Source: Hormiphora californensis
Lineage: Eukaryota; Animalia; Ctenophora
Direction of reading: 5' to 3'
Assembly: GCA_020137815.1 (NCBI GenBank)
Contig: CM035355.1
Span: 558,001 to 622,000 of the forward strand
Length of the DNA stretch: 64,000 bases
The translations under genes and the position numbers were made by a program. Positions within the stretch are counted from its first letter, which is position 1; every line of letters begins with the position of its first letter. Below the pieces are notes generated by a model, which saw nothing but the letters and a program-made list of their open reading frames with translations, did not search any database and was not told where the DNA came from. Below, piece after piece: positions 25,901-39,800 of the stretch.

Positions 25901-28200
25901 GAGAACAGATTTTTTACATACATGTAGTTAAGTTATGCCATTGGAAACGTATCACCAACTCCTTATAACCTTAAATCTCCCATGTATTCATTCAAATTCC
26001 TGAATTCAACCTAACAAAAGTGCAAATTATTGTGGTCACTGAAAAATCTACTCATACTCGTATCAAAAGTACTCATACCTGTATGAACTATGGGAGGTTC
26101 GTATGATTTGATTGTTAAGTTATGCCATTGGAAACTTATCACCGACTCCTTATACCTTAAATCTCCCAGTTATTCATTAACTTTCCTGTATTCAACCTAA
26201 TAGAATTGCTAATTATTGCGGTCATTAGAAATTCTACTCATACTCGTATCAAAAGTACTCATACCTGTATGAACTATGAGAAGTTCTCATTCCCTAAATA
26301 CATGGCTAAATAATTAGAGATTTACTATCGAAGACTTGTGTCTTAAATCTCCCACTTTTCCATCAAAATCACTTAATTTAAACTGATTGAAATGTATAAC
26401 GTCTGCACCAAGTGACAAAGTACTCATACTCGTATGATAAGTACTCATACCTGTATGGGCGGTAAAACGCCTTAAAAACGCCTCTACGAGTTTTAATTAA
26501 CACAGTTTTCTGGGCCATTCATGACAACAAAAAAACAAATTGATTCGAGACCAACTTAACTTAAAAACTAAAAGTCAAATTTTTCCTTCGAAAATTTTGC
26601 CAGTGGTACCCCTTGCCAAAAAAACACCCAAAAATAAAAATGTCTCCCGTTCTTTAATATCTTGGCATGGTTGCACCCGGTAAATAGTGAACTTTTAAAA
26701 TTCCGGCTACCAGCTTTGAATGCCTAAAACATAGAACGGTATTTGGGTCGGAAGTGAAATACGAGTATGAGTACTTTTCATACGAGTATGAGTACAATTC
26801 AAATTACCATACCAATGGATATTCTAGTAAGCCAATTAATCTTTTCACGAATAATGGGAGATTTAAGACATAAGTCTTCGATAGTAAATCTCTAATTATT
26901 TAGTCATGTATTCAGGGAATGAGAACTTCCCATAGTTCATACAGGTATGAGTACTTTTGATACGAGTATGAGTAGAATTTCTAATGACCGCAATAATTAG
27001 CAATTCTATTAGGTTGAATTCAGGAAAGTTAATGAATAACTGGGAGATTGAAGGTATAAGGAGTCGGTGATAAGTTTCCAATGGCATAACTTAACAATCA
27101 AATCATACGAACCTCCCATAGTTCATACAGGTATGAGTACTTTTGATACGAGTATGAGTAGATTTTCTAGTGACCACAATAATTTGCACTTTTGTTAGGT
27201 TGAATTCAGGAATTTGAATGAATACATGGGAGATTTAAGGTATAAGGAGTTGGTGATACGTTTCCAATGGCATAACTTAACTACATGTATGTAAAAAATC
27301 CTGTTTCTCATACAGGTATGAGTACTTTTATACGAATATGAGTCAAGCTTTTACTTCGTTTTGCCTTAACAAAGCTACAACTACACAATACACATTGATA
27401 GCATGTTTGCAAACGTTTGTTGTTATTCAATTTCCAGGAACATTAGTTGGTACCACAGATTGAACAATTCATGTTTTTATCCTATTCCTACTATGGATAC
27501 CCATAGGACTCAAAGGCTCCAAAAAGCACCAACTGCTCTCATCAACCAACCAACCAACCCATAGGGCAACCTGAGTGGTTCAAAAAATTCCACTTTACAA
27601 CTTTGGTCAGACCAACCTCAAGGAACTGAACTCAACCCCAAGAATTCTAGTGCCGAATTTCGTCATAGCTACGTTCCGCCGATCTGCTTAACTAACACTA
27701 TTAGCCTGCAAGCCCCTGACGGGCCACGGGGACTCCCGTGACTGAACATCGAATCAGCCTATAAGCTGGTGATCTTGAAAGCTGCTCGCTATCTGGTCAC
27801 GAACCCCATCACTGTTCTCCTCAAACCATTCCAAAACAATGTAAGCATCCAGTCGTTATCTCCACTGTCTCTTTCCAGGTCGGTGCTCGATCTCATGGGC
27901 CTTGATCATCCGCTATACAATATGGCCTGTCGTCTCTTCTACTCCCACCAGGTTAATTCCCTCACCACTCGTGGTAACGCAATAAGATCAGGCCTAACGA
28001 TGGTCTCGAGACTATCTCCGTCCGGAAATTGTGCATGCCATGTATTTGGGCCGGGTGACAAGAATTGCAAGTCCTGCTCATAACTGTAATCTGTATGAAA
28101 AACAGGATTTTTCATGTACATGTTATTAGAAACTTATTGCCGAACCCTGTTATGTTAAATCTCCCATATATTTATTCAGATTTCTAAAATAAACCAAAAG
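22960..28200. repeat. Complex foldback repeat region; ~1.35-kb inverted arms at ~25005-26355 and ~26857-28200; arrays of tactcatactcgtatcaaaagtactcatacctgtatga
   Basis: Near-identical translations on opposite strands (25076-25309 minus vs 27769-28083 plus); the repeated motif occurs in both orientations from 22970 onward. Confidence 0.85.
23605..24422. mobile_element. MITE with ~120-bp TIRs inserted in the foldback region
   Basis: gcaaaatggacttc...ctctcgttgctgctgca (23609-23733) is inverted at 24295-24420. Confidence 0.65.
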
Positions 28201-28201
28201 G

Positions 28202-28301
28202 NNNNNNNNNNNNNNNNNNNNNNNNNNNNNNNNNNNNNNNNNNNNNNNNNNNNNNNNNNNNNNNNNNNNNNNNNNNNNNNNNNNNNNNNNNNNNNNNNNN
28301 N
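28202..28301. other. Scaffold gap (100 N)
   Basis: Run of N. Confidence 1.
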
Positions 28302-28569
28302 GAGAGAGAGAGAGGAGAGAGAGTTTACCCTGTATAAGAAACTCCTCCAGTGGAAACAGTGAAACACTTCCGGGAGTTGTTATGGTCAACAGTAAAGGTA
28401 GTTCAGCATCAACTATTATCATTGTTAGTGGGATCAATAATTATCTAAATCGGTGGGTAGTATGAGTGCCCTATTGAATCCCCATTTTAAATCACCTGAA
28501 CCGGCAGCAGGGAGAGAGGAGGAGGGGGAGGTTATAGGCAGAGTTTGAATGAAATGAAAAAAGGCAAGC

Positions 28570-29725
28570 AAGGTAAGGTAAGGGAAGGGAGAAGGGAAGG
28601 GAAGGAAGGGGAAGGAAGGGAAGGGAAGGGAAAGGGAAGGGAAGGGAAGGGAAGGGAAGGGAAGGGAAGGGAAGGGAAGGGAAGGGAATGGAAGGGAAGG
28701 GAAGGGAAGGGAAGGGAAGGGAAGGATGGGAAGGGAAGGGAAGGGAAGGGAAGGGAAGGGAAGGGAAGGAAGGGAAGGAAGGGGAAAGGGAAAGGGAAGG
28801 GAAGGGGACGGGAAGGGAGGGAAGGAAGGGGAAGGGAAGGGAAGGGAAGCCGGCAGGGAGCGGAAGGGAGGGAAGCCGGGAAGGGAGGAAGCCGGAGGGA
28901 AGGGAAGCCGGAAGGGAAGGGAAGCCGGAAGGGAAGGGGAAGCCGGAAGGGAAGGGAAGGCAGGAAGAGGAGGGACGCCGGATGGAAGGGAAGGGAAGCC
29001 GGAAGGGAAGGGAAGCCGGAGGGAAAGGGAAGCCGGAAGGGAAGGAAGCCGGAAGGGAAGGGAAGCCGGAAGGGAAGGGAAGCCGGAAGGGAAAGGGAAG
29101 CCGAAAGGGAAGGGAAGCCGGAAGGGAAGGGAAGCCGGAGGGAAGGGAAGCGGAGGGAAGGAAGCCGGAAGGGACGGAAGCCGGAAGGGAAGGGGAAGCC
29201 GGAAGGGAAGGGAAGGGAAGGGAAAGGGAAGGGAAGGGAAGGGAAGGGAAGGGAAGGGAAGGGAAGGGAAGGGACGGGAAGAGGGAAGGGAAGGGAAGGG
29301 AAGGGAAGGGAAGGAAGCGGAAGGGAAGGGACCGGAAGGGAAGGGAAGCCGGAGGAGGGAAGGGAAGCCGGCGGAAGGGAAGGGAAGCCGGGCAGGGAGG
29401 GAAGCCGAGGAAGGTGAAGGGGAATGGAAGCCGGAAGGGAAGGGAAGCCGGAAGGGAAGGGAAGCCGGAAGGGAAGGGGAAGCCGGGACGGGAAGGGAGA
29501 GGAAGGGAAGGGAAGCCGGATAAGGAAGGGAAGCCGGAAGGGAAGGGAAGCCGGAAGGAAGGGAAGCCGGAAGGGGAAGGGAAGCCGGGAAGGGAGGGAA
29601 CGGAAGGGAAGGGAAACCGGGTAAGGGAGAAGGGAGAAGGGAAGGGAAAGCCGGAAGGCAGGGAAGAGGGGGACGGAAGGGAAGCGGAAGGGAAGGGAAA
29701 CTGGAAGGAAGGGAAGGGAAGAGGA
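28570..29725. repeat. (GGAAG)n satellite with GGAAGCC variants
   Basis: Direct reading; the overlapping G/K/E/R ORFs are artefacts of the repeat. Confidence 0.95.
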
Positions 29726-32059
29726 AAATATTTACTATGTATTACTATTATGCGATAATTTCACCTCTTAGTATGGTTGTGTGAGGTTCCGTGTAGTCCA
29801 CGTCTTAGTAATCCTGCCTAGCCCTGGACATTGTCGAAGCTTGTCTTCTTGGGTCCAAACATCCCAGTCTCCAAATTTGGGTTATCGTTCGATGGTGAAA
29901 GCACTGGTACAGCAGTGAAAACTTCAATACGTAGTTCTTTATTCTGTGTTGATCATATATCAGTTGGTCATGGGTAAGCGCAAAGTAGGTATAGAGGGTG
30001 ATGTTGCGAATTCATGGAGTAGAAAGATCTATAAAAACAGTTGTACTAGCATATCCTGCGATCGAGAATCGCCAAGGACAACTCACTTGGTTATGACATA
30101 TGGTTTGAGGATCATTGTCATGTCTGGGTTATGATTCTATCTGACATCTGTATAAGGAGGTGGGGGTTTCAGGCTAGCAGTAGGCATTGTATTTTTCAAA
30201 AAACAATGGTGCAGGGGGGTTGTTTAATTTAAGAAGCTTCAACTAATTATATTGAAAAGAGAATGACTAAAATTCCACTCGAAAAAGATTTCGACTTCCA
30301 TTAGAGATTATCGAACTTTATAGTCGCCAAGCCAATTTTTAAATTGGACGGCAGTTAAGTGATAAATGCGGAGGAGGTTGCAAGTGTTCTAACGTTGCAA
30401 GGATTAAGACTGTAAAACTATATAGATTTGAAACGATCTACTGATCGACACTGCGGACAACCACAACTAGCAAAAACCGTTAGTTTAGTTAACAGTGACA
30501 ATTATTCATTCCAGGCATTTGGTGAAGGCACTCTCCTGTGCTCAAGCTTTTTCAAAACATTTTTTTCAACGAAAAAACCAGGGGCAACGATGAATTGTAA
30601 GTTTAGATCAATAACGACACACATAAAACATGATATAAAGAAAAAAAACCATCAGAATCGCCAATAAATTGTCATCCAAAACCTCCAGAAATCCACAAAG
30701 TGGAAATGAAAAAGTTCGGTTCGGCTCGAGTATATGGACGAAACAAAGTCAAGTTTTAGTTTTTCGACAAGTTTAAAAAAATGATTAGGTCGGTGTTACC
30801 GACCAAGAAAAAGATAAATACAATAAAATTAATAAAAATTTAAAAACACACTCAAAAATTAAAATAGTTAACAAAAAAAGAGGAAGGGAAATCTGAGAAG
30901 TGGGGGAGGGAGATGGGGGAGGAGAAAAGAGAGGGATCAAGGCATCGTGTTGGGGGGGGGCGGGGGGGGGTGAATAGTGATAGAGTGGTGGTAAGGGGAG
31001 AAGCGAGAACAGGTGGGTTGAGGGAGTGGGAATGACCGGTGGAAGGGTGAGAGAGAGAAACACGATGCTAAGAGAGAGGTGAACAGTTAGTGGGTGGAGC
31101 GGGAAGGAGCACTTCTTTTAAACAGGTGGAAACGAAAAGAAGGGGAGGGAACTAGGTAGTAGACAAACGTGCGGGAGGAGGGGGGGAGCGGAGGTAAAGG
31201 AGGAATCTGAGGCTGACGAAGAGCACTGAGAGCAGCTAGGGAGGGTGGTTTCCTGGGAAAAGGGCAGCGAGGTCTGGAGTGAAAGGGTGAGATGAAGGAG
31301 GGCCAGAAGGTGAGGAATGGAAAAGGTGAGCGTACAGAAGAGCAAGAGCGAGACGAGGATCCGGGATCAAATAGAGGGGGCTGGAACGAGGGGGAGATGG
31401 AGGAGTCAAGACCAGCGGTGGAGACGGACGAGAAGGAGCGGAGTGTCGGTGGAGGCCGGGCTTGTCGGGGGACAAGGGGAATGACGGAGCGATGCAACTC
31501 AGAGAGAGGAAAGTAGATGGAAAACCACAGACAGGAAAAAGGGCGGTGAGGGCTGGAAAGGTGAAGAGGGCCAAGAGATGGAGTTGATGAAGGAGAGGGG
31601 GATCACCCAGTGAGCGGAGAGGCGTGACCTGGAACGAGGGTTATCAGAGGAGAGCTGGAACGCGAATATACGATGAGGTTGACAGAGCGGTAGAGAGGGA
31701 AGGGTGGAAAGGGTTGGAGTCACAGTCGAGAAGAAGTGGAGGCGGTGACATGAATCCCAGGACAGTGCCTGGAAAAAGAGGGTATCAGAGGAGAGCTGGA
31801 ACGAGGAGTATGAGGAGGAGGTCTGACAGGGAGGTAGAGCGAAGAGCAGAGGAAGGAAGGGACTGTCGGAGGGCTCCAGGGAGGGGGGGGTTGGGAAAGG
31901 GTTGGAGTCAGCAGGCGAGAAAGCAGTAGGGCAGGAAATAAGGGTTGAGGAAGGGAGAGGAGTGGAGCCGGTGTACATAAAGACGCGGGAAAACCAGACA
32001 AAGAAGAGAGAGAGATGAAGTAGCACAGGGGGTACCCCGCTAGTAAGGGTTAGCCCGCG

Positions 32060-35000
32060 CCCCCACTCTAGGGGTGAGACGGCGCGCCCTCCTGCAACGA
32101 GTCCCCCGACCTCTCAGCGTGGAGGATGGTTAACATAGTGAGCCAGAATGTTAGATGCAATAGGGGGTTTTCAGGGTATGAGTCAGGTCCATCAGTAGAG
32201 TTTGGAATCACTAGGCAATGTTCTAAGGTAGTCAGACATCTGATCTGGGTGGTTAGTACTGGAGACAGGTGGAAGAGGAGGTGGTCCTCGTCTTCCACAT
32301 GGAGACAAGCCCGATCCATTACACAGGAACAAATTCTTTTGTCCCTTAGGGAGGATACTAGAGAAGTACGGACCTCTTTCGATTGCAAGATGGTGGAGCT
32401 AGTAAGAAAACGGTTAAGGTGGTTCTGTTTCCGTAGTGGATACGGTATGTAGCACTTGGCTGGAGAGAAAATCCATATCACCCGCTTTAAAGAAGGAAGA
32501 GCTGGGATTTCGGTTTGATGTGCCTCGCTCTAAACAGGATCGAAAAGCACAGCGAGGATGGTGTTCACCTTTCAGGGGTCCTAAAACCAGCCTGATGCAA
32601 GCGGAGGAGAGGGTCGGGAGAGGGGCGACAGGGTTAGGGGGTTAGGGTGTGGGGTGGGACTGCTTTGGGATCTCTAATGATTCGAGCGGCCGTCAATGTG
32701 AAGGTAGCCTTCCTTTTAAAGCCTATAGATTCATCCAGCTGAGGAGGGGCAGGATCGACGGAACCAAGGTAGGTGGTACTTCTATTGTTCAGTAAGAGCT
32801 CGCTTGGCTAGACATGAGCTCTATCATAGTTTGGAGGCCTATTGACGAAGGATTTAGAGTGGGCCTATATCCTGTCCTAGATGCGAGAGGCTGGGCGGCC
32901 GGCAAGCTTTCCATCAGCACGTTAGAGGTCCTCCTCTGTGAGGCCCCCAAGCGCCCACTTCAGGAACTGATGTGTACCTTCAGTGGGATCTGATGCATTC
33001 TCTTCAGCTGGTGCGGTGATCATGCTAGTAGCCTAGAATTTTGAGAGTGTAAGCCCTGGGTGACCAGATTTGCGGCCTGGCCATAGAACAGGATAGGTTT
33101 GCACGCGAGGGTGGCAAAGAGGATAAAAAGGCTCTTGGGGATTTATAACGTCTCTACTAATTGCCTTCTGGAGCGCGTAACCGGCTTCTAGTTGCCTTAG
33201 TGCAGCAGGTCCAGCTTGGGGCTTTTTGTACTTTTGCCGTCGCTTGAAGGTTGATACCAAGGTAACAGTACCGGATGTATTCTCCACTAGGTTTGAGCCG
33301 AGTTTGAGCTGGGGACCGGGGGCGTCCAATGCTCAGATGAAAACCAGGTCTTGTTTTACCCACAGGGATTCTAACCCCCGTCTTTGCAGAACTTGCCGAG
33401 CAAATCGAGGAGTTTTGGGCGGTGACGGGTTGGTAGCTAGTAAAACAAGATCGTCTGCCCACAGCAGGTGGCTGAGGGGGAATCCGGAGAGAGTAGGACA
33501 CCCCCCTGTAATTTTATTACGCCTGGGGAGATAAATCATGGAGATACTTCATGTGCTTGAAAGGTAGGGGTCAGAGCGGATGACCCTGCTCTGTGCCCTT
33601 TCTGTGGGAACTTTCGACTCAGGAACCCCGATATTTTGATCTGGCTGGGGTGTGAGTCTATACCTTGGTTCTGAGCGTTGTAGAAGTTCCCCGTAATGCC
33701 CAGCGCCTCGCCAGTTTGTAGACAGAGCCTGTCGTGGGGACGCTGTCGACATAAAGCCTTCCGCAGGTCGACAATATCCCATACAGGTCTACGGGCCTTC
33801 TAAACACTTCCACGAGAGTCTGACAATGTAAAGAGATGGTCGCATGTCTGTTGAACCTGGGCAACAAGCCCAATTGATTTGGGGTGGTTCAGGGCAATGT
33901 GCTGACGAAGGACTGGAAGTCCCTGTTAAGGAAGGAGCAGGAGCTGGTAGAGTTTGACCCTAACTACCACCGCCACGCTCGATAGTCTGTCTGGGTCTCA
34001 TGCGGGGCCCCTTTTGTGAAGAGGGGGTTGAGGGAGTTGCTCCAGGGATAGGCAAAACCGGGGGGGGGCTCTTTCCAAGCATAGATTAAGACATAGTGAG
34101 AGTTTCACACTGGGCCTATTAGGCAACTTCAATATTTTCGTTGCTGGATGGCATTCATCGCTGACAGCGTTCCCTCTTTTAAGTTTCTTAATTGTTTCCT
34201 CGACCTCAGAGGCGGAGAACCGATCGTTCCACTCAGGAGCACCACAAGGACTTCAGCTAGGAGATCCGCTTCTTCGAGGAGCTGCTCTTTCCTAACAGTA
34301 TCAAGGGTTGGATGGGAGTCCCTATAGAGATTTTGGAAGAAGGAATGGAAGGAGTTAAGATCGTGAGTATCAAGGCCTGATGCGCTGCTGTTGAATTGTT
34401 TCAACTTTTTCAGCTGGTTCCAGTCGACAGATGCCCCTTCCTCAATTTTCTTGTTCTCGTTTCCCAGGAAGGCCATCATGTGCTTTCTGCTAACTTTCCT
34501 CATGTGGGCCTTTGTTTTATAGAACTTGTGTCTTAAGTGGTCATTCTGGGGGTCTGTGTCAGCCAGAGTTCGAGCGTCATTGACGGCACCCTTAGCCTCC
34601 TTTATTTCTCTGTTGGCCCAAGGAGGTTAAGCGGGCGCTTTTGTTTCATTCCTGGCAGTTTGACCTAGAGAGATGGAGAGTACGCGAGAGTGGAGATATG
34701 ATCCAGAAAAGCCTGGCATGCATTGGTAGCATCTCCGGCACTAGGATTCGGGAGGGCGGAACGGATGGTGGCGGATACCGGGAGGTCGGAGAGGTCAGAA
34801 GGTAGGCTTTCCCGAAAGGACTTCAGCTGGCTCGGGACTATGGAAAACGGGGGTGTGGTGCCCGGGTGGTAGGTGTGTGGTGAGGAGAAGCAGAGGAGTT
34901 CGTTGGCGAGGTGTTCAGGACAAGCAAGAGAGGCCGATGGTCTGAGTGGTTGGTAAGCGGGAGGATCCTCATATAATCCAGCCGGTTGGCAAGGGGGGTG

Positions 35001-35379
35001 GACACCGCGAAGTAATCGATTATACGGAGCATCCATTGTACTGGATGCTAGTAAAGTCCCCAGTTACATCGCCAAGCGTCCTACCGTTCAACAACCGCAG
35101 CTGGCAGTTTTGAATGAGTGAGACAAATTCCTTGTGGTGTCCACCAATGATAGGATCTCGGGTTGAGCGAGGTGGGAGTTGATCGGGGATGTAGTCCTCA
35201 GGCATCGGACAGAACCCGACCCCTTCTCCGTCAGGTTCCCACTCAGCGACTGTGCAAGGGTCGGGTCCCACACGTGCGTTCAGGTCACCTCCTAGGATTA
35301 CATCGACACCAGTGAGGGAACTAAGAAGCTCTTCAGCAGATATTATGGTTTCCTTCCCCAATTCCAAACTATGCCACAA
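32060..35379 (-). mobile_element. Degraded non-LTR retrotransposon ORF2 (APE endonuclease plus reverse transcriptase)
   Basis: APE motifs VILGGDLNARVG, LLNGRTLGD.TG.FT, IIDY...SDHRPL; RT motif LLWADDLVLLA (33333-33539); many frameshifts. Confidence 0.85.
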
Positions 35380-36264
35380 TATTTAATTTTATAACTGCTT
35401 TGGGTCTGTAGAATTGTTTACTCTCACCTATTAGGTTGGTTACGAAGTCACCCCTTTTATTGCATTACTCTGTGAGTCATATCAATGCTGAGGGGTAATT
35501 TTATTACCAACCTATTAGGTGAGTCACCTAGATATTTGGTCAAATATAATTTTCCAGCAATTGCCCAAAGTCGTTTGAAACTGGCACTGAATACCAAAAG
35601 CATTACGGCATACGAGTTCATCAATTCTGAACGACTATAACTCACAAGGACTAAGTGTAAAAAATGTGTATTAAAATTTGAGCCAAATCAGCCCTCAATT
35701 AGAAGATAAGATTTTAGATTTTGAAGGTTGATTAGTGTCAAACATTCAAAACTTTGTCACGATGTTTAATTTTTTAACTGCTGGGTCTGTAAAATTGTAT
35801 ACTCTCACCTAAATGTTTGGTCAAATATAAATAGCCTACTTGAATCTGCAAACTCATTTATGACTTTGGCCAAGTACTGAATGCCAAAAACATTATGGCA
35901 TACGAGTATGAGTATTTTGAACAGTAGAGGATTTGCTCTCCAAGTGCTCTCTGGTAGATACTGATATGAGTAAAGTCGGATTTTTTGAAGTTGTCACCCC
36001 AAAATGACCGCGCATGTGAAATTTATCAATTTTGACGCGCACACCACACGTTAACATGTGATGTGACGCGCAAAAACATTCCGCGCACGAGAAGGGGGGT
36101 GACAACTTCAAAAAATCCGACTTTACTTTAATACGATTATGAGAACAATGGTTAATTCTTAGAAAAATTTGAAACCACTCATACGCGTATTCCTCTCCAG
36201 TATTCAAAAGGGGGAGAACCCAAAAAGAGAGTCCGCGACGCGACCCCTGGGGGGGAAAGGGGGA

Positions 36265-36550
36265 ACCGGGGAGAGAGAGAAGAGGTTTAAAAAAAGAAGG
36301 AAAAGAGAGAGGGAGAGAAAGGAGAAGAGAGAAAAGAGAGAGAAGAGAGCAGAGAAGAGAGAGAGAGAGAAGAGGAGAAGAGAGAGAGATAGAGAAGAGA
36401 AGAGAAAGGAAAAGGGAAGAGAGAAGAGAGAGAAAGAGAGAGAGGAGCGAGATAAGAGAGTCGAAGAGAGTCAGATGTGAAAGGAGAGAGAGAGATAGAG
36501 AGAGAGAAGAGAGGAGAGAGAGAGAGAGAGAAGAGAGAGTAGAGAGGAGC

Positions 36551-36586
<36 letters not shown>

Positions 36587-36602
36587 AGAGAGAGAGATTA
36601 GT

Positions 36603-36633
<31 letters not shown>

Positions 36634-36740
36634 CGAGAGAATTTCTAGCAGAGAGGACTCAATTTATGCTCTATTTTAGCTCGACATTTTTATCCTTTAA
36701 TCTACTCTATTTTCGATCTCTATCGCTGCGTAGCTCTATC

Positions 36741-36809
<69 letters not shown>

Positions 36810-36810
36810 A
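36265..36810. repeat. (AG)n and (CT)n microsatellites
   Basis: Direct reading. Confidence 0.9.
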
Positions 36811-36829
36811 CCACTATCCCTTCCTCCAG

Positions 36830-39800
36830 AATGGTTATGTATCGAGGAAGGGTATCAAAGAGAGGATCAGAAATCAAAATACCGGAGATATTCTGCAACA
36901 TCAGTGGATACATCTTCTTCGTTGTTATGAGAATGACGGTTCAGATTAGCACTCTCCTAGCACTGGATCGACTCATAGCTGGTACGTGTTGTACACAGGT
37001 CTGTTAGTTGTTACTATGTGTTGAGTATTTCAAAAGATACTGGCCCCACTTTTATTCTATCACATTGAAGCTGCATGATCATTCCCATAACGAAGTTCTT
37101 TTTTTCCAGTTCAATACCCTCTGATCCACAAGTTTAAAATTCAAAAACAAGGATACGTTTGGGTTCTTTCCTTTTTCTGGGCATTCAATCTACTGTCAAT
37201 GGCAACACCATTCTTTGCTGGAAAGTAAGTTCCCACCCCCACCTCCCTAGTTTCATTCAGTTTCTGACTGGATTTTGAGATTTGAGACTCGGCCGATCTC
37301 CCACGGTACACCCCGATTTGTTTGGGATTTGTTTTCCATGAATCGAGACATATATGGTCTTTTTTTTTTAACTTGTGCAACTACCAAATTTTTTCAAATT
37401 ATCATAGCAAAATAGCTGTGGCCACTGGAAATTTACTCAGCACCTCAAAAAATCGAGAAATATTAAAAGTTCAATTTAGTGAAAGAACGAAGTCTCTAGC
37501 TTACTCCAGTGAGGTGCTATAGCATTTCTACGCCGTGAGGTGCTATCGTGAGGTGCCCACGGCGTGCCTGGTGAAATTTTAACACGACCTAGCATGCGAC
37601 GGGAAACCACCACTTGTACGTGGTAGCTGAGGGTCTACAGAATGGCGCTACGGTGCGGGAAAAAACATTCCATTCCCTAAAATCCTTTTTTTTACTTTTA
37701 TTTGATTTGGGTCAAAATTGGCTATATTAAACGTGGTCCCGAAAAATCCATAATGACTTAGCACACGAAATATGTCACCCCCACCTATTTTTGCACGTAG
37801 AATCGATTGCCGTTGAAGTCGAATCTCTAAAATGACTGTAAAATGGTCAAAAGTTGATTTTTTACCATTTTTTGGAGGTTTTTGGCCCCTAAACCATTGA
37901 AAACGTTGAGATAGGAATTTGAAACTAGTGCCAATCGTTAAAATGGTCATTTTTCTACCAAGAACCAAGTTTTCGTGTATATCCGATTTATGGTTAGATT
38001 TGGGCAAATTGTTGAAATCTGCCAACTAGGAGAACCGTAACTTGATTTTCTTGTTTTTTGGATTTTGGCATTTTTGACAAACTTCTGATTGAAATGGTCA
38101 ATCGGGACCATGCTTAAGTTGTTTATGGGACAAATTTCGACTAAAATCCAAGATTTCATACCAATCCAATAACAGATCGTTGATTTATAGAAAATTTAAG
38201 TAGGCAAAACGGTCAAAATAAGCAAGAAAAGTTGTCATTTTGACCGTTTTGCCTACTTAAATTTTCTATAAATCAACGATCTGTTATTGGATTGGTATGA
38301 AATCTTGGATTTTAGTCGAAATTTGTCCCATAAACAACTTAAGCATGGTCCCGATTGACCATTTCAATCAGAAGTTTGTCAAAAATGCCAAAATCCAAAA
38401 AACAAGAAAATCAAGTTACGGTTCTCCTAGTTGGCAGATTTCAACAATTTGCCCAAATCTAACCATAAATCGGATATACACGAAAACTTGGTTCTTGGTA
38501 GAAAAATGACCATTTTAACGATTGGCACTAGTTTCAAATTCCTATCTCAACGTTTTCAATGGTTTAGGGGCCAAAAACCTCCAAAAAATGGTAAAAAATC
38601 AACTTTTGACCATTTTACAGTCATTTTAGAGATTCGACTTCAACGGCAATCGATTCTACGTGCAAAAATAGGTGGGGGTGACATATTTCGTGTGCTAAGT
38701 CATTATGGATTTTTCGGGACCACGTTTAATATAGCCAATTTTGACCCAAATCAAATAAAAGTAAAAAAAAAGATTTTAGGGAATGGAATGTTTTTTCCCG
38801 CACCGTAGCGCCATTCTGTAGACCCTCAGCTACCACGTACAAGTGGTGGTTTCCCGTCGCATGCTAGGTCGTGTTAAAATTTCACCAGGCACGCCGTGTG
38901 CCCCCGATTTGTAGAAATACCGTTTGATCAAAAATCTCCAAACTTTCAGAAATGGTGGGGATATTTCTCACTCATCAGATGAGGTGAAAACCATGGAAAA
39001 ATTTACTCATTTGGTGAGGTGCAAGCCGATTTTAGAGCTAAAAGTTTACTCACTAGGGGTCAAATGAGTAAATAAAGAATTGAAACTTGGCATAAAGCAA
39101 GATTAGACAATTTCCCTCCTGATTTACCGAAAATTTGCTCTAAAAATTATTCGAAGAGGTATATATACCTCTTCGAACAATTCTCAAATCTTTAATCCTC
39201 AGACCGTACTCGCTGGGCCTCTTTGAGTGTGTCTGCAATTGGAATATCGATGGAGTGATGGGTGACCCGGGACAAGTCCTTAACTTTCTAATCGTCTTAT
39301 TCTACATGATTCTCCCTATAACCGTCACCAACTTTCTAACAATCTTCTCATCACTTTGGATCATCGTCTTTTTACTGAAGAAAAACCTTCGGGTAAGCAA
39401 TTATTTCTACTTGTTGACTGGGATTGAGGTAGGAACTACCCGCGATATTTCATATTGATATCACCATTATAAGCTGCCAGTTATAGGGTCCTGAACAATT
39501 AGTATGCTCTATCTATATTTGGTATTGGTAACTAACTAAATCCATTTCTCTGCAGGTAAAAAGGAAGACTTATACGCGATCAGACTCAGCGACTATTGGG
39601 GACTACCAAATGCTACAACCGCCAGGTTCTGATGCTAAAGCAAAGGGTATTGCCAGCGCTATGTCAACTGTGTCCAACAGGGTGTTTGCCACACCGGTAC
39701 TGAACATTAGAAAGGCCCAGGTGACACTGACAACGGATCCTAAAGTTAAACGGTTAGTTATTAATTGATTGTGTTCAGTATGTTCTCTTTTTATTCCATT

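Noticed and set aside
28545-29758. Long G/K/E/R-rich ORFs (265-356 aa)
   Set aside because: Stop-free translations of a (GGAAG)n satellite in all three frames.
30880-32030. Pro/Ser/Leu-rich ORFs
   Set aside because: Purine-rich degenerate sequence at the 3' side of a LINE; low complexity, with no motif support.
37648-38808. Paired near-identical ORFs on opposite strands
   Set aside because: A by-product of the palindromic transposon; no recognisable domain.
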